DNA of 64,000 nt from a bacterium. Lineage in GTDB: Bacteria; UBA10199; 2-02-FULL-50-16; JAJFLM01. The stretch lies in the NCBI GenBank assembly GCA_965216315.1, contig CBDCFN010000016.1:2112001-2176000 (forward strand), in the 5' to 3' direction. The notes beneath the pieces are model-generated. The model saw only the letters and a list, made by a program, of their open reading frames with translations. It did not search any database and was not told where the DNA came from. Positions 47,181 through 56,987 of this stretch are shown here, piece after piece. Both the position numbers and the translations under genes were made by a program. The first letter of the stretch is position 1; every line of letters starts with the position of its first letter.

Positions 47181-49580
47181 TTAAATCATGAGCGAACGAT
47201 AGAAAGATTTCCGCTCCGGGTTCTCCGGATCAAGACTCTGCTCGAGCTGATGCCAGGATTCGATTTCCTGCTTGAGCTGAATCAGCTCTGATTTTGTCCC
47301 GTCACCAAAGACAAATTTACGCTGCTCTGTACTCAATTGATGATCCGGAATTTGCTTGGAGTAGTATTGCCCATTCGAAATATACCCCAATCCGACATCA
47401 TGGGCACGCTGTGCGACCTGCCGCTGCAGGCCTTGACGGATTCGTCCGACCAACTGCTGCAAGCGACCTGATTTCTCGGCACGCTGAATCAGGTCATGCA
47501 AGTAAGACTGCATTTCCCCGGGCATCCAGTCTCCACGCACTGGTTGCCCCGTGCGGAAGTCATAGGCCTGGCGATAACGACCAAAAGATCCGTCGGAATT
47601 TATCGTTTTGAGTAAACGAATCGCGCCGCGCACCGCGCGCTCGCGCGTCGTCCCGGTAAAAAGTTCGGCCAATTGCGGCAGTGAATGTTTAAGTGCCTTT
47701 CGGTATTCTTTTCGTTTGCTCTCGGTAAGCTCGGGATAGGCCTCACCACTATAGACGTCTTTGAGGCGCGCTTTGAGTGCCGTCCAGTTCACCTCCGCCG
47801 TCCATTTCCCGTAAAACGGATCTTTCGGCAACGACCGGCGCGTCTTGATCACGGTGATCAAGATTTCATCCTCGACGTTTTTCGCAAAGCGCTCGAGATT
47901 GGTCTGCCAATCGATCATCCGGGTCTTGATACCGCGCCAGATTTCTCGGTCGACGTCATCATCGACTGCCGAGCTCAGCGATTGCATGCCTCGCGCGATC
48001 GCCCCACCGAAGAAGTAGCCGACACTCCCCATATGTTCACGGAGTATCGTATCGTAGGCCGAGCGCATCAGTTTATAATCGGGATCGTCATCATAACCGG
48101 TCGCCGCCATGACACCGCTGACCGCCAACTCTCCGGCCCAGTTGCCGAGGCCGATGACGTTGACGGCATTGAAGGCCTGCACGCCGAGTGCGAGTCCCTT
48201 GGTCGCCGCCGAGGCCCCGGCCGGGATCCCGCTGGAGAGAAAAATGCGTCCCCCCCAAATACTGAAGAGAGGTCGTCCGCCGACCATGATCGGCCGCAGG
48301 GCCGCCAGGCCCGCGCCGGGCAAGCCTTGCGGCTGGACATAACGGGGAACAAGCGGGCTACGCCAAAGTTTGGCACCTGCACCCAGTTTTTGACTAAAGG
48401 CCGCCGTCTCATAAGCCAAGCGCAAGGGAGCGAGTTGCGAGGCGTAATGCGCCACGGCCATATAACCGCCCATCGTAATCCCGACACTCCCGATACTATT
48501 TTCAGGGCTCCCAAATTCCCAACCAAGACCATCCAAAAGAAAACCGGTGCCGACACTCGCGCCGAACATCATCGGCATACTGAGCCCGAGTGGATTCCAC
48601 TGGGGCCGGCCCATAAAACCGCGGCTCAGCAGACCATCGGCGACCAAGGACTCGCTGATCTGCCCCATCATTTCGTAGCTGGCGAGCATACCGCCCATCA
48701 CAAAGACCGGACGGATAGCGGGATCGAGATCCTGAAAGACCCCGAACTCAAAGGCAACGTAAATTCCGGTCGCCATCCCGACATGAAAACCGAGCCGTGC
48801 GACCGGACGAATCACGCGTTGTACCAGCGGATTTTTCAGGAAGCGTGATGCCGTAAAGAGCCCACCCAACAAAGGCGCCCCGGCTGTCAGCAGATCCTGA
48901 TCATCACCACCACGATTTGACTCCTGAGCCAACAGCAAACCTTCCTCAATGAGGATACCGGTCCGCACAATGCCCCGACTAAAAGGCTGTTCTGCAAGTT
49001 GAAAATCCGGCGCATAATTCGGTTGGTGTCCGGGCACATGCAAAATGACTTCATGACCATCGAGCCGGCGCTGCAACTGCCCTGCAATACGCGCGATGTC
49101 CTGGTCTGCATCGATCGGTACAAAACGGATCTGCGGCTTAAAAACGACCTCACGCCCTTCGAGCTCGGAGACCCATTCGACATAAAAGGCGGCTTGATCG
49201 GGACGGCGTGACTCCGTCTTCAAGACTTCATGGGCCATCGCGCGAAACAGCCTGGGCAGCTGATCTCGTTGTTCGGACAAGAGGTAGACGCGACCCGGCT
49301 CAATGCCCTCGAGAAAATACTCGATCTCCCCCTCGATCGCTTGCCGCTGCTGAAACCGCGCCTGCTCCTTTAAAGCCGAAACATCGCGTTCCAACCAGGG
49401 CTGTCGGGGGTCGGGTGTACTGACATAGCTATCCGAATAAAGAAGACCCTGGCTTTCGGCCATGGCCTGAGAAAAACCCGCCGCTTCATAACAGTGTCCG
49501 GCTACGGCGGTCGGTGCCGCCAGGGGGGTCACCCCGACGACGGCACAGTGCTGACTCACAAGGTTCGCAACGCAATTCAT
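47181..49580 (-). CDS. array protein B (divergent gamma)
   Basis: 799 aa, DPDYKLMRSAYD motif matches proteins F and H. Confidence 0.85.
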   Translation of the reverse strand: MNCVANLVSQHCAVVGVTPLAAPTAVAGHCYEAAGFSQAMAESQGLLYSDSYVSTPDPRQPWLERDVSALKEQARFQQRQAIEGEIEYFLEGIEPGRVYLLSEQRDQLPRLFRAMAHEVLKTESRRPDQAAFYVEWVSELEGREVVFKPQIRFVPIDADQDIARIAGQLQRRLDGHEVILHVPGHQPNYAPDFQLAEQPFSRGIVRTGILIEEGLLLAQESNRGGDDQDLLTAGAPLLGGLFTASRFLKNPLVQRVIRPVARLGFHVGMATGIYVAFEFGVFQDLDPAIRPVFVMGGMLASYEMMGQISESLVADGLLSRGFMGRPQWNPLGLSMPMMFGASVGTGFLLDGLGWEFGSPENSIGSVGITMGGYMAVAHYASQLAPLRLAYETAAFSQKLGAGAKLWRSPLVPRYVQPQGLPGAGLAALRPIMVGGRPLFSIWGGRIFLSSGIPAGASAATKGLALGVQAFNAVNVIGLGNWAGELAVSGVMAATGYDDDPDYKLMRSAYDTILREHMGSVGYFFGGAIARGMQSLSSAVDDDVDREIWRGIKTRMIDWQTNLERFAKNVEDEILITVIKTRRSLPKDPFYGKWTAEVNWTALKARLKDVYSGEAYPELTESKRKEYRKALKHSLPQLAELFTGTTRERAVRGAIRLLKTINSDGSFGRYRQAYDFRTGQPVRGDWMPGEMQSYLHDLIQRAEKSGRLQQLVGRIRQGLQRQVAQRAHDVGLGYISNGQYYSKQIPDHQLSTEQRKFVFGDGTKSELIQLKQEIESWHQLEQSLDPENPERKSFYRSLMI

Positions 49581-49604
49581 GTCCCCAATTACTCCTCATG
49601 GAGG

Positions 49605-49631
49605 TTATCGGCGGAAATGCGGAAAAGTTCA
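49605..49631 (-). promoter_or_regulatory. sigma28-like promoter
   Basis: TGAACTTT-N11-GCCGATAA. Confidence 0.85.
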
Positions 49632-49678
49632 CAAAAAGTTAAATGATTTCAAATATTTAGTATTCAGTTGAATACAAG

Positions 49679-49727
49679 AAATCCCCTCGGATCCCTCCCT
49701 TTGAGAAAGGGAGGCTAGGAGGGATTT
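49679..49727. repeat. REP-like palindromic repeat
   Basis: CCTCCCTTT-GAG-AAAGGGAGG within AAATCCC...GGGATTT. Confidence 0.7.
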
Positions 49728-51400
49728 TTTAAAGCCAGTCTGAAACTCCGTAACTGCAAGAGCCGGACGGTGAGTCGCGCGCCTTCATTTTTCATGAAGG
49801 CGCGCTGCTCGGAGTTGAGATGGGACGGATGGATAAACTGATAACCGCCAGCGGGATTATCTTGGACGAGGCCCAAGGAACGTCCTTTATGTTCGAGTCG
49901 ACGCCGGACGCGCAAAAACTCGATCCGGGCATGGCGAGACATGAATCGTTTAAACGCCTTCATGTTACTAATCGTCCCTTTCGGGCTGATCATTTTAGTG
50001 ATATCATCGGCATCGCTGGCGTCGGGATGAAAGCCGGTATATTCCTTCACGAGTTCATACGCGCGTTTGATGTTTTTCTTGTTTTTGTCGTCTTGATAAA
50101 ATTCGCGCACCGAACGACGCACACCCTTCCAATCGATGGCCCATACGCCATTTTCGTTGCGCGTATTCTTCATGACAAGCGCGGTTAAATTCTGCCGCAT
50201 CGAGTCGCCAAACTGTTGGGACGCTTTGGTGAGTTTGTTTTGGATGCGGTCGAGATTCGCGTCGTAGTTCTTTTCGTAAGAACTGGAGACAGCCGATGCA
50301 ACCGTATCAATAGCGGTAATGAACATGCCGAAGGCGCTCGCCAAGAAACGACCGCCGTGCATCTCACTCCCCCGCTCCTGCAAATAGATCTGTTGACTCA
50401 AGCGGATCAGATCCCACTGGCGCCGTTCATCTCCTTTGAAAGCCAAACGACTGACGGCCCACAGCGCCCCGCGCGCCCCGAGATCAATCAAGCCAATCCA
50501 ACCGAGGGCCCGGGTCAAAACCGCGCCAACACGTAAGACCGCCGCCCCGCGCGAGGCTTGCAAGGCCGCCGAGGATTTAATTCCGAGGGCATGCGCCATC
50601 GTCGGCGAGACGGCGGCCAAGGCATAGGGCATCGAAGCCAGCGTCAGGCCGGCAAACTGGGTCACGGGAGAATTCAAATCCATGCCAGCCTTTTCCAACA
50701 GAAAATAAGACAACAACTGAAAGCCGTAGAAGGTCGGCATGTGCGCGAGCATCGCGCGCGGTCCCGTCGCGAAGACACCCAACTGATGCAATGCCATCGA
50801 CGCGAGATACACGCTGCCGAAAAGGGCCGGGATGCGCGCCTCTTCAGGGAGGAGGCCGTTGTCAATGAGGGACTTCAGTACAAAATGGTCATAGGCAACG
50901 ATAATACCCGCCGCCCCAACCATCCCGATGGTCAGACTCATCGGACTCGGGGGTCGAATCCCGGATGAGGCACCTGAAGGTCCCCCACCTGCGCTCCCCG
51001 GCCCACATTCAAGCGGTGTACTCTTAAAGAAATGAAAACGCGGCACCGTCACCCCTTCGGCCGTCACGGCCTGGGTCACCCGAAACGAGATCGGCAATTT
51101 TTGCGTAACGGCGAGTTGATAAAGACCGTGCAGATGGGGGCGTACTGAGGGCGGCAACTTCTTATAAAAATGCGTCAGGGAAAGGTCTTGATTCAGCGGC
51201 ACGGGCGTTGCCCCGCCGACGTACCAAAGCTCATTGGCAAAGAGTGAGATGGGATTGCGACGAAGAGGCGCGGCCGCCGGCGTATCGACTGAATTATAAT
51301 GATCAAGTCCGGGCGTACCGCCGCCGCAAGTCATCGACTCCCATTTGATTGTCGCTGCCGCGGCAGCGGACACACCGGACACCATACACACCGCACCCAT
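49715..51400 (-). CDS. array protein C (alpha)
   Basis: 561 aa from ATG 51400 (SD GGAGGTG), FRVTQAVTAEGV motif. Confidence 0.85.
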   Translation of the reverse strand: MGAVCMVSGVSAAAAATIKWESMTCGGGTPGLDHYNSVDTPAAAPLRRNPISLFANELWYVGGATPVPLNQDLSLTHFYKKLPPSVRPHLHGLYQLAVTQKLPISFRVTQAVTAEGVTVPRFHFFKSTPLECGPGSAGGGPSGASSGIRPPSPMSLTIGMVGAAGIIVAYDHFVLKSLIDNGLLPEEARIPALFGSVYLASMALHQLGVFATGPRAMLAHMPTFYGFQLLSYFLLEKAGMDLNSPVTQFAGLTLASMPYALAAVSPTMAHALGIKSSAALQASRGAAVLRVGAVLTRALGWIGLIDLGARGALWAVSRLAFKGDERRQWDLIRLSQQIYLQERGSEMHGGRFLASAFGMFITAIDTVASAVSSSYEKNYDANLDRIQNKLTKASQQFGDSMRQNLTALVMKNTRNENGVWAIDWKGVRRSVREFYQDDKNKKNIKRAYELVKEYTGFHPDASDADDITKMISPKGTISNMKAFKRFMSRHARIEFLRVRRRLEHKGRSLGLVQDNPAGGYQFIHPSHLNSEQRAFMKNEGARLTVRLLQLRSFRLALKNPS

Positions 51401-51443
51401 GAGCACCTCCATTTGTTTCGCACCTAATGGGCTGACTATTTAG

Positions 51444-51470
51444 TTATCGGCGGAAAATCGCGGAAGTTCT
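51444..51470 (-). promoter_or_regulatory. sigma28-like promoter
   Basis: AGAACTTC-N11-GCCGATAA. Confidence 0.85.
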
Positions 51471-51561
51471 CGAAGATTCGCAAAGCGATGCGCATTTCGT
51501 GGACAAATGAACACACTCTAGAAGGGAGCCAAGGGAAACCTGCGAAAATTGTCGTATGGAC

Positions 51562-52653
51562 TTAGATACCGCGGCGACGACGCTCACGGTCGCGATTGAT
51601 TTCGGTACGCGTGCGGAGATCGAAGCCGTTGTTCCGTCTGGCATCGACAAGGTCCTGGACGGCGCGACGTCGTAGCGTTGTTGAGCTGGCCTCGTGGGGA
51701 TAGCGCGCCCAGCGGTTGGAAAGCTCCTCAACCATAGAAAGCCGCGCTTCCATCGGCAGCTCTCTGAAACGAGGAACTTCATGGTTGAGCACGCGGAGCG
51801 CATGTTCGCCCGGGTTCTCTTGATGATAGTTGGCAACGATCAATTCCTGATAGATCGTAAAAATTTCCCCTTCGCTAAAGACGCGCGGCAGGGTTTCGCC
51901 ATTGGCCCCCGGAAGTTGGGGATTCAACTGATCATTGACCGCAAAGGCGCGGCGCATGACCTCACGCCGGGTCGATTCGTCGAGGTTGAGCAAAAGACTC
52001 TGCATATCCGGGTAACGGGCCTGCAACGTACTCGCTGTGACGTTAATCCCCGCTTGGTTGAGCAAAGGAACCAGCGCTTGATGGCGAATGGTCACGGGCA
52101 CCTCCACGCCAAAGGTATTCAGGCGGGTCGCGCGCATAATCGTTCGAATCGCCTCCAGATGATTGGAATCCTCCATCGTATGGGGACTCGGCAAGGTCGC
52201 GCCGTCACCACCGATAAAGGCACGGTCCAGATCCAAACAGACAAGATCTTCAGGACGAACCTCCGTCATGTCATAGGCCTCGGCCGCGGAATTCAGAAAA
52301 CCATCGGTCGGGTCCGTGTGATTATTCCGGCCTTCGCCATTGCCATTCCCGGAACTTCCCGCAACAATCACTCCACCCAACAGGACGGTTGAAGCCAGGA
52401 CGTTGCCGAAGGAAGAACCGCCATTGTCATCAACTGAAGAGCCGTTGTCCGGCGCTTCGCAGGTCAAGGTTGAATGAGGAGGGCCGCCGGCATCCGCCAA
52501 GAAACCTTCCGGTGCCGTGCATACCCCGCCATCGGCATCCGCCGTGCCATTCGTGTGCACGCTACTTGTTGTCGTATTGTCGTGAGTCGACGGCGTCTCG
52601 TCACAAGATAAAAACCAATTAATGACCGGGATGTCACACCATTCAACGCCCAT
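51562..52653 (-). CDS. array-embedded protein D, not obviously paralogous
   Basis: SD AGGAGG, Cys-containing low-complexity N-terminus, one hydrophobic helix. Confidence 0.8.
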   Translation of the reverse strand: MGVEWCDIPVINWFLSCDETPSTHDNTTTSSVHTNGTADADGGVCTAPEGFLADAGGPPHSTLTCEAPDNGSSVDDNGGSSFGNVLASTVLLGGVIVAGSSGNGNGEGRNNHTDPTDGFLNSAAEAYDMTEVRPEDLVCLDLDRAFIGGDGATLPSPHTMEDSNHLEAIRTIMRATRLNTFGVEVPVTIRHQALVPLLNQAGINVTASTLQARYPDMQSLLLNLDESTRREVMRRAFAVNDQLNPQLPGANGETLPRVFSEGEIFTIYQELIVANYHQENPGEHALRVLNHEVPRFRELPMEARLSMVEELSNRWARYPHEASSTTLRRRAVQDLVDARRNNGFDLRTRTEINRDRERRRRGI

Positions 52654-52724
52654 AAGTAGCCTCCTAATGATCACTCCAGGCGCACCCTCGTTAATAAGGG
52701 TCGCACCCTGAACTCCTCAATGGA

Positions 52725-52751
52725 TTATCGGCGGGAGCTGACAAAAGTTGC
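52725..52751 (-). promoter_or_regulatory. sigma28-like promoter
   Basis: GCAACTTT-N11-GCCGATAA. Confidence 0.88.
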
Positions 52752-52777
52752 TGAAAAATTACGGATTTTTGCGAAAT

Positions 52778-54751
52778 TTAGGATGCGCTCTTTTGGTGAG
52801 CGCGCTCTACCCCGAGAATCTGGCCCAACAAGAGGAGACGGAAGGCCTGGTTGCGCAAAGGCTGGATCTGCGTATTAAAGACGCGGCGCTGTGCCTCCGT
52901 CCAGGAGCTGGGGTGGACGAAGGCGTAACTGCCATCGGCCTGACGGGTCACCAAACCCGCCGGTTCGGCAAGCGCGTACATCTGCTTTTCAATGGTCTTC
53001 ATCCGCAGCATGGCGCGGCGCCATAGATGAACGGTGAGCCGTTGATGATCGGAGATGCTTCCCGTGTCGGCAGCGATCAGGCCCCGTATTACCTCGGCAT
53101 CGGAGGCGCGTCCGCCGGTATAGTCCGCGAGCATCTGATACTGATCGGTAATGTTCTTCCGATTGTTCCGATAGAAGGTACGGACTTCCGTCCGATACGT
53201 GTCCCAATTAACCGTCGGCCGAAAGGCGCGCATCGCCGCCGGCAGGTCATAGAGAATGTTACCACTGGCATCGCGGAGCGGATTGCCGGCGCTGTCACGT
53301 TGAATATAGCCGTTGAGATGTTCCTGATATTGGGGACCCACGTTGCGGATAAAGAAGTCGAGCAGGGTATCTTCGACCGACTGTCCAAAGCTCGCTGAAT
53401 CCCGCACCATCATGCGAATAATCCGGTCACGCTCGCTCTCCATAATGCCACGGGTCTCGGCACTGAGGGCCTCACTAACACCGGTTCCGGTCATCATGAT
53501 ATTGCCCATAAAGAGCGTCGAGATATTGCCGGTACTGAGGAAGCCCGCGCGATCGCCGGAGAGATCTTGTTCGCCGGTCATCCAATTGATGACATCCGTA
53601 TGCACGAGGCGGTTGGCCAGCTGATCGAGACGGTACTCGCGCTGGCTGCCTTCGTCCAAGGTCTTGCCGACACCCCAATAGATCGCGCCGATCGCCAGAT
53701 CCACTAAAGTGACGCCACCAATGATACCTCCCGCACCGCGTGCGAGGATGGCTCCGCCTCTTACCGCCCGACCTGCGAGGCCAATCCAGCGTGACGCCGC
53801 CACGGTCGCGAGCCGTCCGGTCGCGGCACTGGTTGCCAAGCGGCCACCGACCCACTCGAGACCCTTGAGGCCCATCACGGCGCCGACACCGGCGGTAATA
53901 CTGCCGTACTCGTTCTGTTGGGTCCCGATCTCGACGCCGGCCGCATGCAAGAGCAACGCCGACATCATCTGGTACCCGACGATGGGGGGAATGCTCCGCC
54001 CCAGCGTAGCCATGCTGCCCCGTTGAACGAGGCCCAGATCGGCAAGGGCCTTGTGCCCCAACATCGCCGTCGAAAAGAGGATCGGACCGCGCGCCCCATC
54101 GGGAATCGTCCCGTCGGCCACTGCGGGCCTGAGCAGACGGTCATCGATGTAAAAAAGAAAGAGCAGTTGTCCACCCGCCGACAGTCCATGAACCGCCGTC
54201 GAACGCAGCGCGGTATGCACGGGACCCAAGGGAGGTTGCGGGCCGCTCCCACCGCCGGTCGTCGCGAGCGAGCGCGGCACCAACGAGGGCAAAGGCGTAT
54301 CGGCCGTAGCGGCGCCGGCACGCATATAGATAAACTCAAACTGCGGAACCGTCGCACCGGGCGCCCCATTGGGTGTCGCGACCATCTGATAGCGCACCCC
54401 GACGTTGGCGAGCGAAACCCCATTGCCGGATAACGAAAGCGCGTAGGGGCGCAGGTACGAGGGAAGCAGATGAGCGGAATCCTGTAACGAGTAGGTCTTG
54501 CCCGGCTCAAAGTTATTGAGGGCCGCCTGATCGGCCGCGGCGTTGGCGTCGGCAAAATAGGCCGTCGGACCCACGTCGTAGGCACTGTCCATAAAGGGGA
54601 AACTCGCCGTACTGGAATAGTTCGGATCCACGGGACCCGTCAGGACAGGATCGCTGCTCGCATCCGTCACCGGTAGTGAACAGGTCAACGGCGCTGTTGG
54701 CGCAGAAAAAGTGGGTTCGGCCCCACAGGACTGAATTGTCGAATCGCACAT
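52778..54751 (-). CDS. array protein E (beta)
   Basis: 657 aa, AGVEIGTQQNEYGSI, paralogous to G. Confidence 0.85.
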   Translation of the reverse strand: MCDSTIQSCGAEPTFSAPTAPLTCSLPVTDASSDPVLTGPVDPNYSSTASFPFMDSAYDVGPTAYFADANAAADQAALNNFEPGKTYSLQDSAHLLPSYLRPYALSLSGNGVSLANVGVRYQMVATPNGAPGATVPQFEFIYMRAGAATADTPLPSLVPRSLATTGGGSGPQPPLGPVHTALRSTAVHGLSAGGQLLFLFYIDDRLLRPAVADGTIPDGARGPILFSTAMLGHKALADLGLVQRGSMATLGRSIPPIVGYQMMSALLLHAAGVEIGTQQNEYGSITAGVGAVMGLKGLEWVGGRLATSAATGRLATVAASRWIGLAGRAVRGGAILARGAGGIIGGVTLVDLAIGAIYWGVGKTLDEGSQREYRLDQLANRLVHTDVINWMTGEQDLSGDRAGFLSTGNISTLFMGNIMMTGTGVSEALSAETRGIMESERDRIIRMMVRDSASFGQSVEDTLLDFFIRNVGPQYQEHLNGYIQRDSAGNPLRDASGNILYDLPAAMRAFRPTVNWDTYRTEVRTFYRNNRKNITDQYQMLADYTGGRASDAEVIRGLIAADTGSISDHQRLTVHLWRRAMLRMKTIEKQMYALAEPAGLVTRQADGSYAFVHPSSWTEAQRRVFNTQIQPLRNQAFRLLLLGQILGVERAHQKSAS

Positions 54752-54786
54752 ACGCTACCACCTTTTACACCCGTTCTCCAATTTGG

Positions 54787-54813
54787 TTATCGGCGAGGAT
54801 TCGCAAGAGTTGC
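54787..54813 (-). promoter_or_regulatory. sigma28-like promoter
   Basis: GCAACTCT-N11-GCCGATAA. Confidence 0.88.
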
Positions 54814-54854
54814 GGGGAATTTTGCGGATTTTCGCAAAGACTTGGAAAACGGGC

Positions 54855-56825
54855 TTAAGCCGGCTGATGTGCCTTGATAATGACCTCCAGGGCCTTCAAG
54901 CGGCTTTTGAGCCTCACGCCTTCACTTGGCTCCCGTCCCTCCCCGACGAGGAAGGTCCGCTGGGCCGGCGTCAGCTCGTTGATGGACGTGAAGCTGACCG
55001 CCACGATCTTGTCGCCGACCCGCTTGCTCAGGCCCAGCTCCAGTTTGCGCTGTTCCCACTGCTGCTGGACCCGTTTGAGCTCGGCCGTGGCCTGTGCCTG
55101 GAGTTCCTTATCGAGGCGTTCGTTGTTGATCGCGCTACCGCCCTTGCCCATAACGGAGTAACCGAGCTGGATATCAGAATCGCGGTGTTTGGTGAGTTTG
55201 AGTAGGTACTGGCTGTTCTCGAATTGCTCTTTGGTCCAGCTCCCGTAGCGACCCCGCAAGCGTCGTTGGAATTCGAACGCGTCAAAGGTGGGTGTTTTGT
55301 CCCGAACGTCCACGGTGGAAAGCGCGACCTCGAGCATATTATCCTTGATATCCAAGGAAAAGACCCGGCTTGCGTCAGTCCATTCATTCTCCCGCATCGA
55401 AATCGCCCCATAGTCTCCGTAAAGGGCTTCGTAACAATCATCGGAGAAAATGGTCGGAATCGTCCACATGCCTTTGCTGACGTTGCTAAAGACATTCCCC
55501 ACATGACCGAGTACGGGTACCTCCGAATTCGACTCATGGACCACTGAATCAAAGGCCGCCTGCAGGAGGCGGTAATGAGGACTCCCGTCATCCGCCACCC
55601 AATCCACGACGGCGCCGCCGAGGGCATCGCCCAACCAGACCGCCAGCGCGGCATTGGCCGCCTGCAAGGTCCCGCCCATGACCTTGGCTCCGGTGCTGCC
55701 GGTGATGCCGGTCCAACCCGGGGCCCGAAAGATACGGCCAAGGCGCCCGGCGTTTAAGGACCACCCACTCGATGCCATTAACTCGCCATTCGTCGTCAGC
55801 GCCCGCGTCGATTGCCACGCGGCGTTAAAGGCCGGGTAGTCGGCGGCCAGGGCTGGGAGGACCTTGGTATAGGTATAAAGGGAGAGACCGAGGCTTCCAT
55901 AGGTATTGGCGTCCGTCCCCATTTCCACGCCCGCGGCATCGAGGCCGTAAGCGGCCGCAAGATTGAGCCCGGTAAACATGGGCATCCCTTCGAGGGCCGG
56001 ACCCCACTGAAAATTGGGAATCATGCCGAGGCGCCGAGCGCCTTCAAATAACAACAGACTGCCACCCGCGCGCGCCCGGCCTTGATAAGGCTCGGGCAGG
56101 TCGAGCTTGGCGATGGAATAGTCAACCATCGCGACAATCCCGACGATACCCCCGACCTGATAGACGGTCGTCAACGGTCCGGGCTGCTGCGGCGTCGGTT
56201 TAGGACCGCCGGTCTGGACCAGGCTCTTGCCTTCCGGCATAAAGACCTTAACCGGCGCCTTGCCCATTGAAGTGAAATCTCCTTTCGGGGTCGTCCCAAA
56301 GAAATTTTTCAGCAGCGCCGATTTGTGTAGGAAAAGGATCGACGGCACCGCCGCCGCCCCGGCGACCTCCTTCATCTCGTAGCGAAAATAGATGTCTTCT
56401 TCGTCACGATACTCCCGCATCGCCTCCTGCATCGGAGTCGGCAGCTGACTAAAGTTGGCTTTGAGCGAGTAGGTCTGGCCGGCCTGGAGTTTCCCCGTCA
56501 TCGCGGCAATCTCGGCCTGGAGTTGGCCGGTTTGTTGGTCTTGGTTCCACGCATCGATCTCTTCGAGCGGAATCGTATCCGCCGTGCGCGGCGCCTTATT
56601 ATTCAGCAGTTCCTGGTGCCGTTCCCGCGTCGCCTTCATCGTCACGGCAAGTTGATCAACGGGATTCTGCAGCGGTACGGCGGGAACGGAATCCTTTGGA
56701 CCCGTATAACTATCGAGTTTGACGACGGGTCCGCCCTCGTAAGCCGGAGCTTCGCAGGCGGGTACAATAAAGGGATTGTCCGGATTGGGGTTTTTGGAGC
56801 TAATTGGTCGACACTGGTCGGTCAT
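54855..56825 (-). CDS. array protein F (gamma)
   Basis: 656 aa, paralogous to H (DGSPxYRLxxAAFDS, KLTKHRDS). Confidence 0.85.
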   Translation of the reverse strand: MTDQCRPISSKNPNPDNPFIVPACEAPAYEGGPVVKLDSYTGPKDSVPAVPLQNPVDQLAVTMKATRERHQELLNNKAPRTADTIPLEEIDAWNQDQQTGQLQAEIAAMTGKLQAGQTYSLKANFSQLPTPMQEAMREYRDEEDIYFRYEMKEVAGAAAVPSILFLHKSALLKNFFGTTPKGDFTSMGKAPVKVFMPEGKSLVQTGGPKPTPQQPGPLTTVYQVGGIVGIVAMVDYSIAKLDLPEPYQGRARAGGSLLLFEGARRLGMIPNFQWGPALEGMPMFTGLNLAAAYGLDAAGVEMGTDANTYGSLGLSLYTYTKVLPALAADYPAFNAAWQSTRALTTNGELMASSGWSLNAGRLGRIFRAPGWTGITGSTGAKVMGGTLQAANAALAVWLGDALGGAVVDWVADDGSPHYRLLQAAFDSVVHESNSEVPVLGHVGNVFSNVSKGMWTIPTIFSDDCYEALYGDYGAISMRENEWTDASRVFSLDIKDNMLEVALSTVDVRDKTPTFDAFEFQRRLRGRYGSWTKEQFENSQYLLKLTKHRDSDIQLGYSVMGKGGSAINNERLDKELQAQATAELKRVQQQWEQRKLELGLSKRVGDKIVAVSFTSINELTPAQRTFLVGEGREPSEGVRLKSRLKALEVIIKAHQPA

Positions 56826-56869
56826 GTGCGCACACCTCTAATAGGGTGCACCCATGAGCTCCATTTCTG

Positions 56870-56896
56870 TTATCGGCGGGGATTCGCAAGAGTTGC
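56870..56896 (-). promoter_or_regulatory. sigma28-like promoter
   Basis: GCAACTCT-N11-GCCGATAA. Confidence 0.88.
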
Positions 56897-56930
56897 GGAG
56901 AATTTGACGAAAATTCGTAAAATCTTGAAA

Positions 56931-56987
56931 GACCTCCCCTAGCCCTGAACCCCCTCTCCTTACGAAGGAGAGGGCTGGGGAGAGGTC
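56931..56987. repeat. REP-like palindromic repeat
   Basis: CCCTCTCCTT-ACG-AAGGAGAGGG within GACCTC...GAGGTC. Confidence 0.75.

Noticed and set aside
45876..48848. Long plus-strand ORFs (341 and 387 aa) opposite the array
   Set aside because: Antisense shadows. The minus-strand ORFs carry the SD sites, promoters and paralogy.
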